Assembly: GCA_037137395.1 (NCBI GenBank)
Contig: JBAXKK010000061.1
Location: 1 to 16,497, forward strand
Source: Elusimicrobiota bacterium
GTDB lineage: Bacteria > Elusimicrobiota > Elusimicrobia > Elusimicrobiales > UBA9959
Length of the DNA stretch: 16,497 bases
Direction of reading: 5' to 3'
The first letter of the stretch is position 1, and each line of letters opens with the position of its first letter. The notes under the pieces are model-generated. The model worked only from the letters and a program-made list of their open reading frames with translations. It was not told the DNA's origin and did no database searches. Both the position numbers and the translations under genes were made by a program. Shown piece after piece: positions 7,656-14,929 of this stretch.

Positions 7656-8669
7656 ATGAAATCAATGTTAAGAGGTAAAGACTGGATCGAGACCGTGGAC
7701 TGGAGCAAGGAAGAGCTTGAGACGGTACTAGAGGTAGCCAAGTATCTTAAAATAAAATTTTCTCTGGGCGAAGCGCACAGGATACTGCAGGATAAAACCC
7801 TGTTCATGATGTTCTTTGAACAATCCACCCGCACCCGCAATTCCACCGAGGCCGCAATGACCCAGCTGGGCGGCCACGCTCACGATCTCACTCCCGATAA
7901 GATGCAGATTTCGCACGGCGAGACGCCCAAAGACACCGGCAAGGTTCTTTCCCGCTACGGCCACGGCATCGCCATCCGCAACTGCTTCTACGGGATCGGT
8001 AATAAATATATCCGTGAAGTCGCCAAAGAAGCCGAAATCCCGGTGACTAATCTTCAGTGCGATGTGGATCACCCCTGCCAATCTATAGCCGACCTCATGA
8101 CCATGCAGGAAAAGTTCGGGGGTAATTTAAAGGGCATGAAATGCGTCGTCTCCTGGACCTACGCTCCGGCCTACGCCCGGCCCCTCTCAGTGCCGCAGGG
8201 GCTCATCACGCTGCTGCCGCGGTTCGGCGTGGACGTGACGCTGGCTTATCCGAAGGAATTCAATCTGATCCCCAAGACCATGGAAGACGCGCAAAGGTTT
8301 GCTAAAGACACCGGCGCTAAGTTTAAGGTTACCCATAATATGGACGAAGCTTTCAAGGGCGCCCATATCGTGTACCCTAAGTCCTGGGGCTGCCACCAGC
8401 ACTTAAAAGATATCAATGTCCCGGAAGCCGATAAAAAAGATACCGGCATGAAGATCCTGGCCAAATATAAAAACTGGGTCTGCACCGAGAAACGCATGAA
8501 GATGGCGCACAAAGACGCCGTCTATATGCACCCGCTCCCGGCCGATCGGGGCGCCGAAGTGGAAGACGCCGTGATAGACGGGCCGCAAAGCGTGGTGTTT
8601 GACCAGGCCGAGAATCGGCTTCACACGGTTAAGGCTATACTGGCGCTTATCATGGGCGGCAGGCCTTAA
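7656..8669 (+). CDS. Knotted-type carbamoyltransferase (YgeW/AOTCase-like, OTC superfamily)
   Basis: FFEQSTRTR, HPCQ, HPLPADRG, QAENRLH, and the proline-rich loop SWTYAPAYARPLSVPQG resembling YgeW. RBS GAGGAGG. Confidence 0.85.
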   Translation: MKSMLRGKDWIETVDWSKEELETVLEVAKYLKIKFSLGEAHRILQDKTLFMMFFEQSTRTRNSTEAAMTQLGGHAHDLTPDKMQISHGETPKDTGKVLSRYGHGIAIRNCFYGIGNKYIREVAKEAEIPVTNLQCDVDHPCQSIADLMTMQEKFGGNLKGMKCVVSWTYAPAYARPLSVPQGLITLLPRFGVDVTLAYPKEFNLIPKTMEDAQRFAKDTGAKFKVTHNMDEAFKGAHIVYPKSWGCHQHLKDINVPEADKKDTGMKILAKYKNWVCTEKRMKMAHKDAVYMHPLPADRGAEVEDAVIDGPQSVVFDQAENRLHTVKAILALIMGGRP

Positions 8670-8689
8670 TTGCGGGTCAAAGATTATCG

Positions 8690-8726
8690 GGCGCCGCGGG
8701 CTTTCAACCCCTGCGGCGCCTTTTTT
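8690..8726 (+). terminator. Rho-independent terminator
   Basis: GGCGCCGCGGG / CCTGCGGCGCC stem followed by TTTTTT, about 20 nt after the carbamoyltransferase stop. Confidence 0.8.
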
Positions 8727-8760
8727 ACTCCGAAACCTTCGGAAACATAATTCGATTAAA

Positions 8761-10218
8761 ATGACTGCCAAAAAAAATACTGAAATCAAAGTCCCGCCGC
8801 ATATTTACTGGGCTAAACTAGGCGGAGATTACCTGCTGACCAATGACGCGGGCGAGCACATACGCCTCGGCGCCGCGCAGTTCAGGCGGTTTTCGCGCAC
8901 CGGGACGCTTCAGGCCTCTCCGGCGCTGAACGAGCTGCGCGACAAGGGATTCGTCCGGGATATGCTGGATTTTGAAGACCAGGCGGCTAAGTGGGGGCAG
9001 TCCAACGCTTATGTGCGCCGGGGGCCTGGCCTCCATATTATGGTGCTCACCCTGCGCTGCAATCACAAGTGCCTTTATTGTCAGGCGGGCGCGGCCGGGG
9101 CCGCGGCGCGCGGCACAGACATGGATATCAGCGCGGTTCACAAAAGTCTGGATTTCGCCCTTAACGCGCCCGGCCCGGGGCTCACTGTTGAATTCCAGGG
9201 TGGAGAACCGCTGCTTAACTGGGCAGCGCTGAGAGAAGCCGTCATCTACGGGGAGCGCAAAGCCGAGGCCGCCGGCAAAGAGATAAAATTCGCGCTGGTG
9301 TCAAACTTCAGCCTCATGACCGAAGAAAAAGCCTCCTTTCTCATTCGGCACGGGGTTGCTCTCTGTACCTCTCTGGATGGGCCGGCTGATCTTCACGACC
9401 GGAACCGCCCCCTCCGGCACGGGGCGGGCGGTTCCCACGCTCTGACAGTCAAGTGGATAAAGTATTTCCAGAAGAGATGCGGCAAGGATTCCGACTGCGG
9501 CCCCAGCGCGCTGCTGACGGTTTCCCGCTACTCTCTTGGCCGGGAAAGGGAAATTATCGACGAATACGCGCGGCTGGGACTGCATTCCATCTTTATCAGG
9601 CCGCTGACGCCGATAGGTTTTGCCCGCAACGTCTGGGCGACAGCGGGTTATACCTCCGGAGAGTTCTCGCAGTTCTATTGTAAAAGCCTGGCGCGTGTGG
9701 TGGAACTGAATAAAAAAGGGATTTTTTTAAAAGAAAAAACGGCCTTCCTGATACTTAAAAAAGTGTTAGGATTTGAAGACAATAAATATGTAGATCTCCG
9801 CTGTCCCTGCGGGGCCGGGCTCGGACAACTTACTTATAATTTTAACGGGGATATATACACCTGCGACGAGGCCCGGATGCTGGCTTGGCAGGGCGACCCC
9901 CTTTTCAGGGCAGGCAATATTTTTAAGGACACCTATGCCGGCGTTGTCTCTTCCGCCGCGGTTAAAGCCTGTGCCGCGGCTTCCAGTCTGGATTCTCAGC
10001 CGATGTGTGCGCGCTGCGTGTGGCGGCCTTACTGCGGCGTATGCCCGGTATATAATTACCAGACCCAGGGCAGCCTCTGGGGCTATATGCCGGCCAATGA
10101 GCGGTGTAAATTCCTTAAAGGGGTTTTTGAGGTTGTTTTTAATTTGTTGAAGAATAAGAAAACCACTCATCAAGTCTTTAGAAAATGGGTGTACCCGGAA
10201 CCTCTCCAGGCCCCCTAG
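8761..10218 (+). CDS. hxsB: His-Xaa-Ser system radical SAM/SPASM maturase HxsB
   Basis: YLLTNDAGE, LHIMVLTLRCNHKCLYCQA, VEFQGGEPLLN, TSLDGPADLHDRNR, IFIRPLTPIGFA, YVDLRCPCGAGLGQLTYNFNGDIYTCDEARML and CARCVWRPYCGVCPV match the HxsB pattern, and an HxS-repeat precursor lies downstream. Start set at ATG 8761 because the longer ORF runs across a terminator. Confidence 0.92.
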   Translation: MTAKKNTEIKVPPHIYWAKLGGDYLLTNDAGEHIRLGAAQFRRFSRTGTLQASPALNELRDKGFVRDMLDFEDQAAKWGQSNAYVRRGPGLHIMVLTLRCNHKCLYCQAGAAGAAARGTDMDISAVHKSLDFALNAPGPGLTVEFQGGEPLLNWAALREAVIYGERKAEAAGKEIKFALVSNFSLMTEEKASFLIRHGVALCTSLDGPADLHDRNRPLRHGAGGSHALTVKWIKYFQKRCGKDSDCGPSALLTVSRYSLGREREIIDEYARLGLHSIFIRPLTPIGFARNVWATAGYTSGEFSQFYCKSLARVVELNKKGIFLKEKTAFLILKKVLGFEDNKYVDLRCPCGAGLGQLTYNFNGDIYTCDEARMLAWQGDPLFRAGNIFKDTYAGVVSSAAVKACAAASSLDSQPMCARCVWRPYCGVCPVYNYQTQGSLWGYMPANERCKFLKGVFEVVFNLLKNKKTTHQVFRKWVYPEPLQAP

Positions 10219-10231
10219 GCCTGCCGAGGTC

Positions 10232-10260
10232 TTGAAAACAGGCACGGGATGTGCTATAAA
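10232..10260 (+). promoter_or_regulatory. Putative sigma70 promoter for the precursor operon
   Basis: TTGAAA (10232-10237)-17 nt-TATAAA (10255-10260), with TG at the extended -10 position. Confidence 0.55.
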
Positions 10261-10325
10261 TGATATATATATAATGGCCTTGCTGCGGGGCAAGGGGATT
10301 ATTTGTACTCAAGGGTGATAATATC

Positions 10326-11579
10326 ATGAAAAAATGGGGCATATTTATATTGGTCGTCCTGGGTGGGCTACTTCTTATTTTGCAGTATTTTGCTGGCAAG
10401 CGCCTGCAAAGTGTTAGTATGCCGTCCAAGTCCGCGCAGAGTGAGCAGACGGGCGCGGCTTTACCTCTTTCTTCTACCGACTATGTAGCATCCGGCGGGG
10501 CGATCGGACTCGGCGATGCCGTAGGGGATGGCGGCGGTCTTATCCTGCCGAAAGTTCCCACCAATTACCAAGGGGCCTGCCTGGGAGGATCCCTGGAAGA
10601 GATGCGGCTGACGCATGGAACGTATTGGGGCAGTGGTGTAGAAGAAGGATCTTTCGATTTTGGCGAAACACAAAAAATGTACGATATGATGGCCAGCTAT
10701 GTGGGCTGCGTTGCCGTAGCGCGGGAAAACATTGCCCTATGCGACACGCTGCCGGCCGAGGTTACGCAGGGCCGGGATAAGTGGGACGCCGCTTCAACGC
10801 CAAAGTATAAATGCCAGGAACTGGCCACAAACACGCTGCTTCTGGCCTATATCGCGGGGAATGTGAAGGACCCCGTTTATTGCCGAAAAACTCTTTCCTC
10901 TTGGCAGCCGAAAGATGTTGCCCGGATTTCAGTGTCGGATCTATGCAGGGCCGGCGCTGAAGGCGGAATGAGCGGCGCGGCCGACTATCTGAGCAAGCGT
11001 ATGCCGCCCGAAGTGAAGGGCCAGATCGACAAGGCACTGCCCTCGTCAGCGTCCTCCTGCGGCGGAGACGCGAAATGTCTTGTCACTTTCCAGGTATACA
11101 GCGCCATCAAGAACGGTAATATGGGCGGATGCCCTTCATCGTCCGAAGGTTATTGCGAGGCCAGGATCACCGGGAATCCGGCGTCCTGCGAGAGTATCGT
11201 TCACGAAATGTCCAGGAACTATTGTTCATATGTGGAGAGGGTTAAAAAGGTGACCGGCGGTTTTATAGGTATGTCTAGGGAAGCGATAAAGGCTAATGTT
11301 TCTCCGAAGCAGCTCAGCAAAGAAGCGGCGCAGAAAGAGGCGGACCGCCAGAAGATCGCGGCAGAGCTTAAGCGGCAAGAAACAGACCGCCTGAGAAACG
11401 AGGCGTACCTCAAGAAAAAAGAGGCGGACCGGATCAGGGATGAGGCCGACCGACTGAAGACCGCAGAAAAGAAAGAGTCGGACCGCCTAAGGAACGAGGC
11501 GGATCTCCAGAAGAAAGAGAACGATAAGATCCAGCTGGAGCTTAACAGTAAAGTGAAGAAAGTTTTGGGCAAGAACTGA
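10326..11579 (+). CDS. Membrane-anchored or exported Cys-rich protein with C-terminal charged coiled coil
   Basis: N-terminal MKKW plus a hydrophobic helix, 12 Cys in the central domain, and C-terminal ~14-aa repeats of the KKEADRLRNEA type. Confidence 0.8.
   Translation: MKKWGIFILVVLGGLLLILQYFAGKRLQSVSMPSKSAQSEQTGAALPLSSTDYVASGGAIGLGDAVGDGGGLILPKVPTNYQGACLGGSLEEMRLTHGTYWGSGVEEGSFDFGETQKMYDMMASYVGCVAVARENIALCDTLPAEVTQGRDKWDAASTPKYKCQELATNTLLLAYIAGNVKDPVYCRKTLSSWQPKDVARISVSDLCRAGAEGGMSGAADYLSKRMPPEVKGQIDKALPSSASSCGGDAKCLVTFQVYSAIKNGNMGGCPSSSEGYCEARITGNPASCESIVHEMSRNYCSYVERVKKVTGGFIGMSREAIKANVSPKQLSKEAAQKEADRQKIAAELKRQETDRLRNEAYLKKKEADRIRDEADRLKTAEKKESDRLRNEADLQKKENDKIQLELNSKVKKVLGKN
11331..11546 (+). 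repeat. Imperfect ~14-aa coiled-coil repeats
   Basis: QKEADRQKIAAELK / RQETDRLRNEAYLK / KKEADRIRDEADRLKTAE / KKESDRLRNEADLQ / KKENDKIQLELN. Confidence 0.7.
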
Positions 11580-11591
11580 CGGGAGCGATAT

Positions 11592-12020
11592 ATGGGAAAA
11601 AAAACATCCAAAATAACAAAAAATATCAAGCTATTCTTCTCCAGTGAAGAGGGAAAGATGCTGGACTCCGATATAGTGAAAACCGGACTGGCTTTGGGTA
11701 TTCTGGGGACAGCCATGGTTGATCAGGCCAGCGCCCAGGCCATACACAATAATTACTTCACTGCTACCTCGCATATTAGTCACCAGAGCCACGGCTCGCA
11801 CGGCTCGCACGGCTCACACGGCTCGCACGCGTCGCATGGTTCGCACGCGTCGCATGGGTCACATTCTTCGCATGGTTCGCACGCGTCGCATGGTTCGCAT
11901 TCTTCACACGGCTCACATGGCTCGCACGGCTCACACGGCTCGCACGGCTCACATGGCTCGCACGGCTCACACGGCTCACACGGCTCACACGGTTCGCACG
12001 GCTCACACGGCTCGTATTAG
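11592..12020 (+). CDS. hxsA: His-Xaa-Ser repeat precursor peptide (HxsA-type RiPP precursor)
   Basis: 60-aa N-terminal region, then 27 contiguous HxS triplets (20 HGS, 3 HAS, 2 HSS, HIS, HQS) and a terminal Tyr. GGGAG precedes the ATG, and hxsB is nearby. Confidence 0.93.
   Translation: MGKKTSKITKNIKLFFSSEEGKMLDSDIVKTGLALGILGTAMVDQASAQAIHNNYFTATSHISHQSHGSHGSHGSHGSHASHGSHASHGSHSSHGSHASHGSHSSHGSHGSHGSHGSHGSHGSHGSHGSHGSHGSHGSHGSY
11772..12014 (+). repeat. 9-bp coding tandem repeat (mostly CAYGGYTCR), 27 units
   Basis: Read directly from the sequence; it encodes the HxS array. Confidence 0.95.
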
Positions 12021-12049
12021 TTGTGGCCCTCAGGCCGGTGCGGGCTCTT

Positions 12050-13210
12050 ATGAAAGGACTGTTTTATCATTTCTGCCCCGGCGGGGACATCGGTCACGGA
12101 GTACACCTTTTCCGCTTAGCCGAAAGTCTGAAGATCTTCTCTAAAAACCGCCTTAAAATTACACTTCTCAGAGACGCCGACGCGGTTTATCCGCCTGACC
12201 GCCGCTGGAAGTGCGGCCCGTTTATCCCCCTGGCCTCCGGCCTTGCCCGTAATAAACTTAAAAGACAAAAAGTGCTGCTCTCCGCTTTGTGCGCCTCCAA
12301 ACCAGAATTTTTACTGACTGCTTATTTCCCTTTCGGCAGGACTGCATGTGCTGGTGAAATAGTGCCGGTTTTAAAGCTGGCTAAAAGTTCCGGAATAAAG
12401 ATCTATGCTTCCGTTCCGATGCCGTATTTTTCCCATAGTGAAAAAAACATTAAAGATCTTTTTGATTTCGCGGGGTTGTATGACCGCATCTTTATTCATT
12501 CTCCCGCGGGCTTTGACCTTAAATATATGGCGGCCGCCGTGCCTTTTGAAAAACGCATCACGAGCAGGCGCTTTCTTGAAGTATTCAGGGCGCTTAAGAC
12601 TAAACTCTGTTTTACCGGTTATGTCATGCCGCCGCTCCCCCGTATCCCGCCAAAGGGGAAGGCTGGCCGCTTTATCCTTATCCATAGGGGCGGGGGCTCC
12701 ACTTCGCCGGATATCATCACCTGCGCCATTCTGGCCAAAGAACTCCTTAAAAGCGGATTGCCCATGACCGTGGTGGCCGGGCCGGCCAGCTCAGACGCTG
12801 AGATGCGCTCCTGGCGCGCGCTTATCAAAAACCGCGGGATAAAAGGTGTTACGCTTTTAATGAAAACGGAAAATTTATTCGGACTTCTGGCCGGTTCGGC
12901 GGTCTCGGCCGGTACGGCCGGTGGGACGGCATACGAGGTTTTATATCTGAATAAAAAGACGGTCCTTATTCCCTTTAAAGGATTCCCCGGAGCCGAGCAT
13001 TCCGATCAGCTTGCCAGAGCTGCCATGCTGAAGGAACTGGCAGGCGCGGCGGTGCTGGATTATGACTCGCTTACTCCTGAAATACTGGCCCGGGAGTTGG
13101 ATTTATCTCTGTTGCACCCCGCCCCGGCTTTTGAGCCGGACCCCGGCGCGTTTAACGGCGCCGAAGTTTTTGCCGCTGAGGTTTTAGGCGCCTCTTTGAG
13201 GAGAAGCTGA
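12050..13210 (+). CDS. GT-B fold glycosyltransferase (COG4671 / GT28 C-terminal-like)
   Basis: GxxxGH N-terminal motif (GGDIGHG), FPFGR, YDRIFIH, FTGYV, GGGS, VVAGP, AGGTAYEVL, LIPF...DQLARA. Alternative start at GTG 12023. TGATG overlap with the next gene. Confidence 0.8.
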   Translation: MKGLFYHFCPGGDIGHGVHLFRLAESLKIFSKNRLKITLLRDADAVYPPDRRWKCGPFIPLASGLARNKLKRQKVLLSALCASKPEFLLTAYFPFGRTACAGEIVPVLKLAKSSGIKIYASVPMPYFSHSEKNIKDLFDFAGLYDRIFIHSPAGFDLKYMAAAVPFEKRITSRRFLEVFRALKTKLCFTGYVMPPLPRIPPKGKAGRFILIHRGGGSTSPDIITCAILAKELLKSGLPMTVVAGPASSDAEMRSWRALIKNRGIKGVTLLMKTENLFGLLAGSAVSAGTAGGTAYEVLYLNKKTVLIPFKGFPGAEHSDQLARAAMLKELAGAAVLDYDSLTPEILARELDLSLLHPAPAFEPDPGAFNGAEVFAAEVLGASLRRS

Positions 13211-14175
13211 TGTTTAAAGAAGTCATGCTTGAGCTGACCTACAGATGCAATCTTAAATGCGGCTTCTGCTATCTCAAACACCACGGACTGCTGAATAAAA
13301 AAGGTCGTGAGCTTTCGACCGCGGAAGTCTTGCGTGTAGTGGACCGTTTTGGCGCCGGGACTCATTTTTATCTCTCAGGAGGAGAGCCGTTGATGCGCCC
13401 GGATATTTTTGAGATCATGGGCCATATAAAGGAGTCAGGCTCGCGCTGCGGCCTTAACACCAACGGCACTCTTTTAAACGCCTTAAGTGCTGAAAGGCTC
13501 GCGGAGCTGAAGCCGGATTATGTTATTTTCTCCCTGCACGGATCGGAGGCGACGCATGACCGCCTGACCGGGAGCAAAGGGGCCTGGCGGAGACTCATTG
13601 CCAACATGAAAAGATTCGCCGCCCTGGCCGCGCCGCAAACCGATATCATGGTGAATTGCGTCGTGAACCGTGAAAATGCCGGTGAGCTTCTTGAAGTCTA
13701 TCGACAGGGCTGCCGCGCGGGCGTCCGCAGGGTAGTGTTTGAGCATATGCAGTTTTTGAAGCCCCATGAAGCCGCCGGGACGCCGCCGTTCCTCAGGGCC
13801 GGAGGGATAATAACGCCGGAACTTGTGAATTACTCAGCCGACGCCGCTTTGATATGGCGCCAGTTCGCGGCTATAAGACGCATCGGCGGGACCGCCCATT
13901 TTGAGACCAGGCCGCTCATGACCGCGGGTGACCTTGATCTCTATTATAACGGAGAAATAAAACCAGTGGGATCGTGTGAACGGGCGCTGAACACCCTTAA
14001 CATAGAACCGGACGGCAGGGTAAGATTATGCGTGTTGTATGGTCTGAAGGCCGGCGACGTCCTTACAACGGATATAAAACAGCTTATGGCGTTCAAGAAA
14101 AAGAACATCAGCGCCAAACTGCCCGCGGGCTGCGCGCGCTGCTGTCATAGGTTTGATATTTTCAGACATTTCTAA
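13210..14175 (+). CDS. Radical SAM protein with twitch/SPASM-like C-terminus
   Basis: LELTYRCNLKCGFC, LSGGEP, NTNG, SLHG...HD. C-terminal C..A...LNIEPDGRVRLC...LPAGCARCC. Confidence 0.85.
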   Translation: MFKEVMLELTYRCNLKCGFCYLKHHGLLNKKGRELSTAEVLRVVDRFGAGTHFYLSGGEPLMRPDIFEIMGHIKESGSRCGLNTNGTLLNALSAERLAELKPDYVIFSLHGSEATHDRLTGSKGAWRRLIANMKRFAALAAPQTDIMVNCVVNRENAGELLEVYRQGCRAGVRRVVFEHMQFLKPHEAAGTPPFLRAGGIITPELVNYSADAALIWRQFAAIRRIGGTAHFETRPLMTAGDLDLYYNGEIKPVGSCERALNTLNIEPDGRVRLCVLYGLKAGDVLTTDIKQLMAFKKKNISAKLPAGCARCCHRFDIFRHF

Positions 14176-14200
14176 GCAGATGAGATGATTGCCTTATTAG

Positions 14201-14929
14201 CTAATCCTTTGCCATGTTTTTTATAATTGTTGAGAAGAGCGCCAGCTCTATCCAGCCGAGGCCTGCCAGCTTTTTCAGGAATATAATATACTCTTTAAAC
14301 ACTTCCAAGCTCAGTCCGTTCAGGTCGGAGTGATGGAAATACACCCCTGCCACCGGCCCGGGAGTTCTGAGCGCGGAAAGGGTTTTCTCCTTCAGCTTTT
14401 CCAATTTCAGCGGTATGGCCTTAAGGTCCAGGTCATAGTCATTCACGTTCACCCGCGCAGGCAGAAAGACTAGGCCGAGCTCATAAAAAGCGCCGGTGGT
14501 TTTGCTGGCTGAGAAAGCTTTAAGGCCTGCTTTGCCTACGGCTTTTACCGTGTCGGAATTGTACATGTGAAAAGGCGGAACGAAAGCGGGGATGAAGAGG
14601 GGGCCGAAGTTTTTTTTCATAAGGTCGCGGCCTGCCCGTATATCCGCGAGCTGGAGGAGGTAGGTTCTGACCGGGCCGAATTCCTGGCGGAGAAAAGGAT
14701 TGCCGGCGTGGTCGCAATGCGAGAGTCCGTGCTGAACCATTTCAAACATGCGTCCGGCCTCAGGATGTCCCGTCAACAGGCGGCTAAGACCGGGCTTTAT
14801 TTTTGCCGGGATTACCGCGTATACCGCCGGGACCTTCTCGCTGAGCAGGAATTTGAAAACCCTGAGAAATTTAGGGTCCGCGGCGGTAACGTCGTCGTCG
14901 CGCAGAAAAACGGTTTTTTTTATAGCCAC
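14201..14929 (-). CDS. Polysaccharide deacetylase-like protein (CE4/NodB, DUF2334-like)
   Basis: FLRDDD, AVIPA, QHGLSH (HxxxH), EFG, FVPPFH, YFHH. GTG start at 14929 follows GGAGG and overlaps the upstream stop. Confidence 0.78.
   Translation of the reverse strand: MAIKKTVFLRDDDVTAADPKFLRVFKFLLSEKVPAVYAVIPAKIKPGLSRLLTGHPEAGRMFEMVQHGLSHCDHAGNPFLRQEFGPVRTYLLQLADIRAGRDLMKKNFGPLFIPAFVPPFHMYNSDTVKAVGKAGLKAFSASKTTGAFYELGLVFLPARVNVNDYDLDLKAIPLKLEKLKEKTLSALRTPGPVAGVYFHHSDLNGLSLEVFKEYIIFLKKLAGLGWIELALFSTIIKNMAKD

Noticed and set aside
8599..8760. 54-aa N-terminal extension of HxsB in the ORF track
   Set aside because: It overlaps the carbamoyltransferase end and crosses a clear terminator. HxsB-like sequence begins after ATG 8761.
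11219..11716. 165-aa minus-strand Ser/Phe/Arg-rich ORF
   Set aside because: It is the antisense shadow of the Lys/Glu-rich coiled-coil repeats and has no independent features.
11772..12014. Tandem repeats as a possible CRISPR array (also considered for 131-207)
   Set aside because: Units are 7 or 9 bp, contiguous, with no unique spacers and no cas genes.
11719..12144. Alternative-frame ORFs over the repeat (RTAHTA... on plus, SRASRV... on minus)
   Set aside because: These are shadows of the 9-bp repeat. Only the HxS frame has an RBS, a leader, invariant residues with synonymous variation and a cognate HxsB.
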